From a virus (Duplodnaviria; Caudoviricetes): a stretch of DNA of 62,874 nucleotides. Position numbers and translations under genes: made by a program. Below are positions 62,798 to 62,874 of the stretch, in pieces; the stretch's first letter is position 1; the number at the start of each line of letters is the position of its first letter. Below the pieces are notes generated by a model. The model was not told the origin of the DNA, did no database searches, and was given only the letters and a program-made list of their open reading frames with translations. The DNA is taken from positions 1 to 62,874 of the IMG/VR virus record IMGVR_UViG_3300009169_000024. One strand, written 5' to 3'.

Positions 62798-62874
62798 TCA
62801 TCCGTCCCTTCGAGATTCCCGCTCGCTCAGCACGTTCTGGTATTCCTGCACGATGGCCGGGTCGTAGCGCATGA

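Noticed and set aside
1-62874. Exact circular junction or terminal repeat
   Set aside because: No end-to-end repeat is visible. Joining the ends gives a short ORF from ATG 47, but it uses a poorly coding-looking frame at the right end. Both ends are leftward small genes, so near-completeness is plausible but unproven.

Overview
The window is most or all of a high-GC, podovirus-like tailed phage genome: it has no tail tube, sheath or tape-measure gene, and no integrase, DNA polymerase, RNA polymerase or tRNA that I could recognise. From left to right: a control region (383-982) with a dif-like Xer site, palindromes and a sigma70 promoter; a replication module (initiator with internal iterons, then DnaB); a minus-strand block of small genes (3756-9391); and a long plus-strand late operon. 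The late operon holds TerS, a split TerL, portal, scaffold, major capsid, adaptor, nozzle, a 2106-aa fibre, an M15 endolysin, a GNAT, ejection-type proteins, a 2990-aa JAB-containing protein and a holin-like protein. A minus-strand early region follows, with an SSAP-like/YqaJ pair, an XRE regulator and about 30 small genes. Five things stand out. (1) A 28-bp dif-like site in a genome with no visible integrase. (2) TerL is split into ATPase and nuclease genes around an in-frame Pro/Gln/Gly-rich ORF. (3) A tandem array of small genes is joined by a conserved repeat that fuses RBS, start and stop. (4) Two small genes have twin-arginine leaders fused to pieces resembling virion proteins. (5) A family of long intergenic hairpins has different stems but a conserved loop. 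All product calls come from motif recognition and gene order; no database searches were run.
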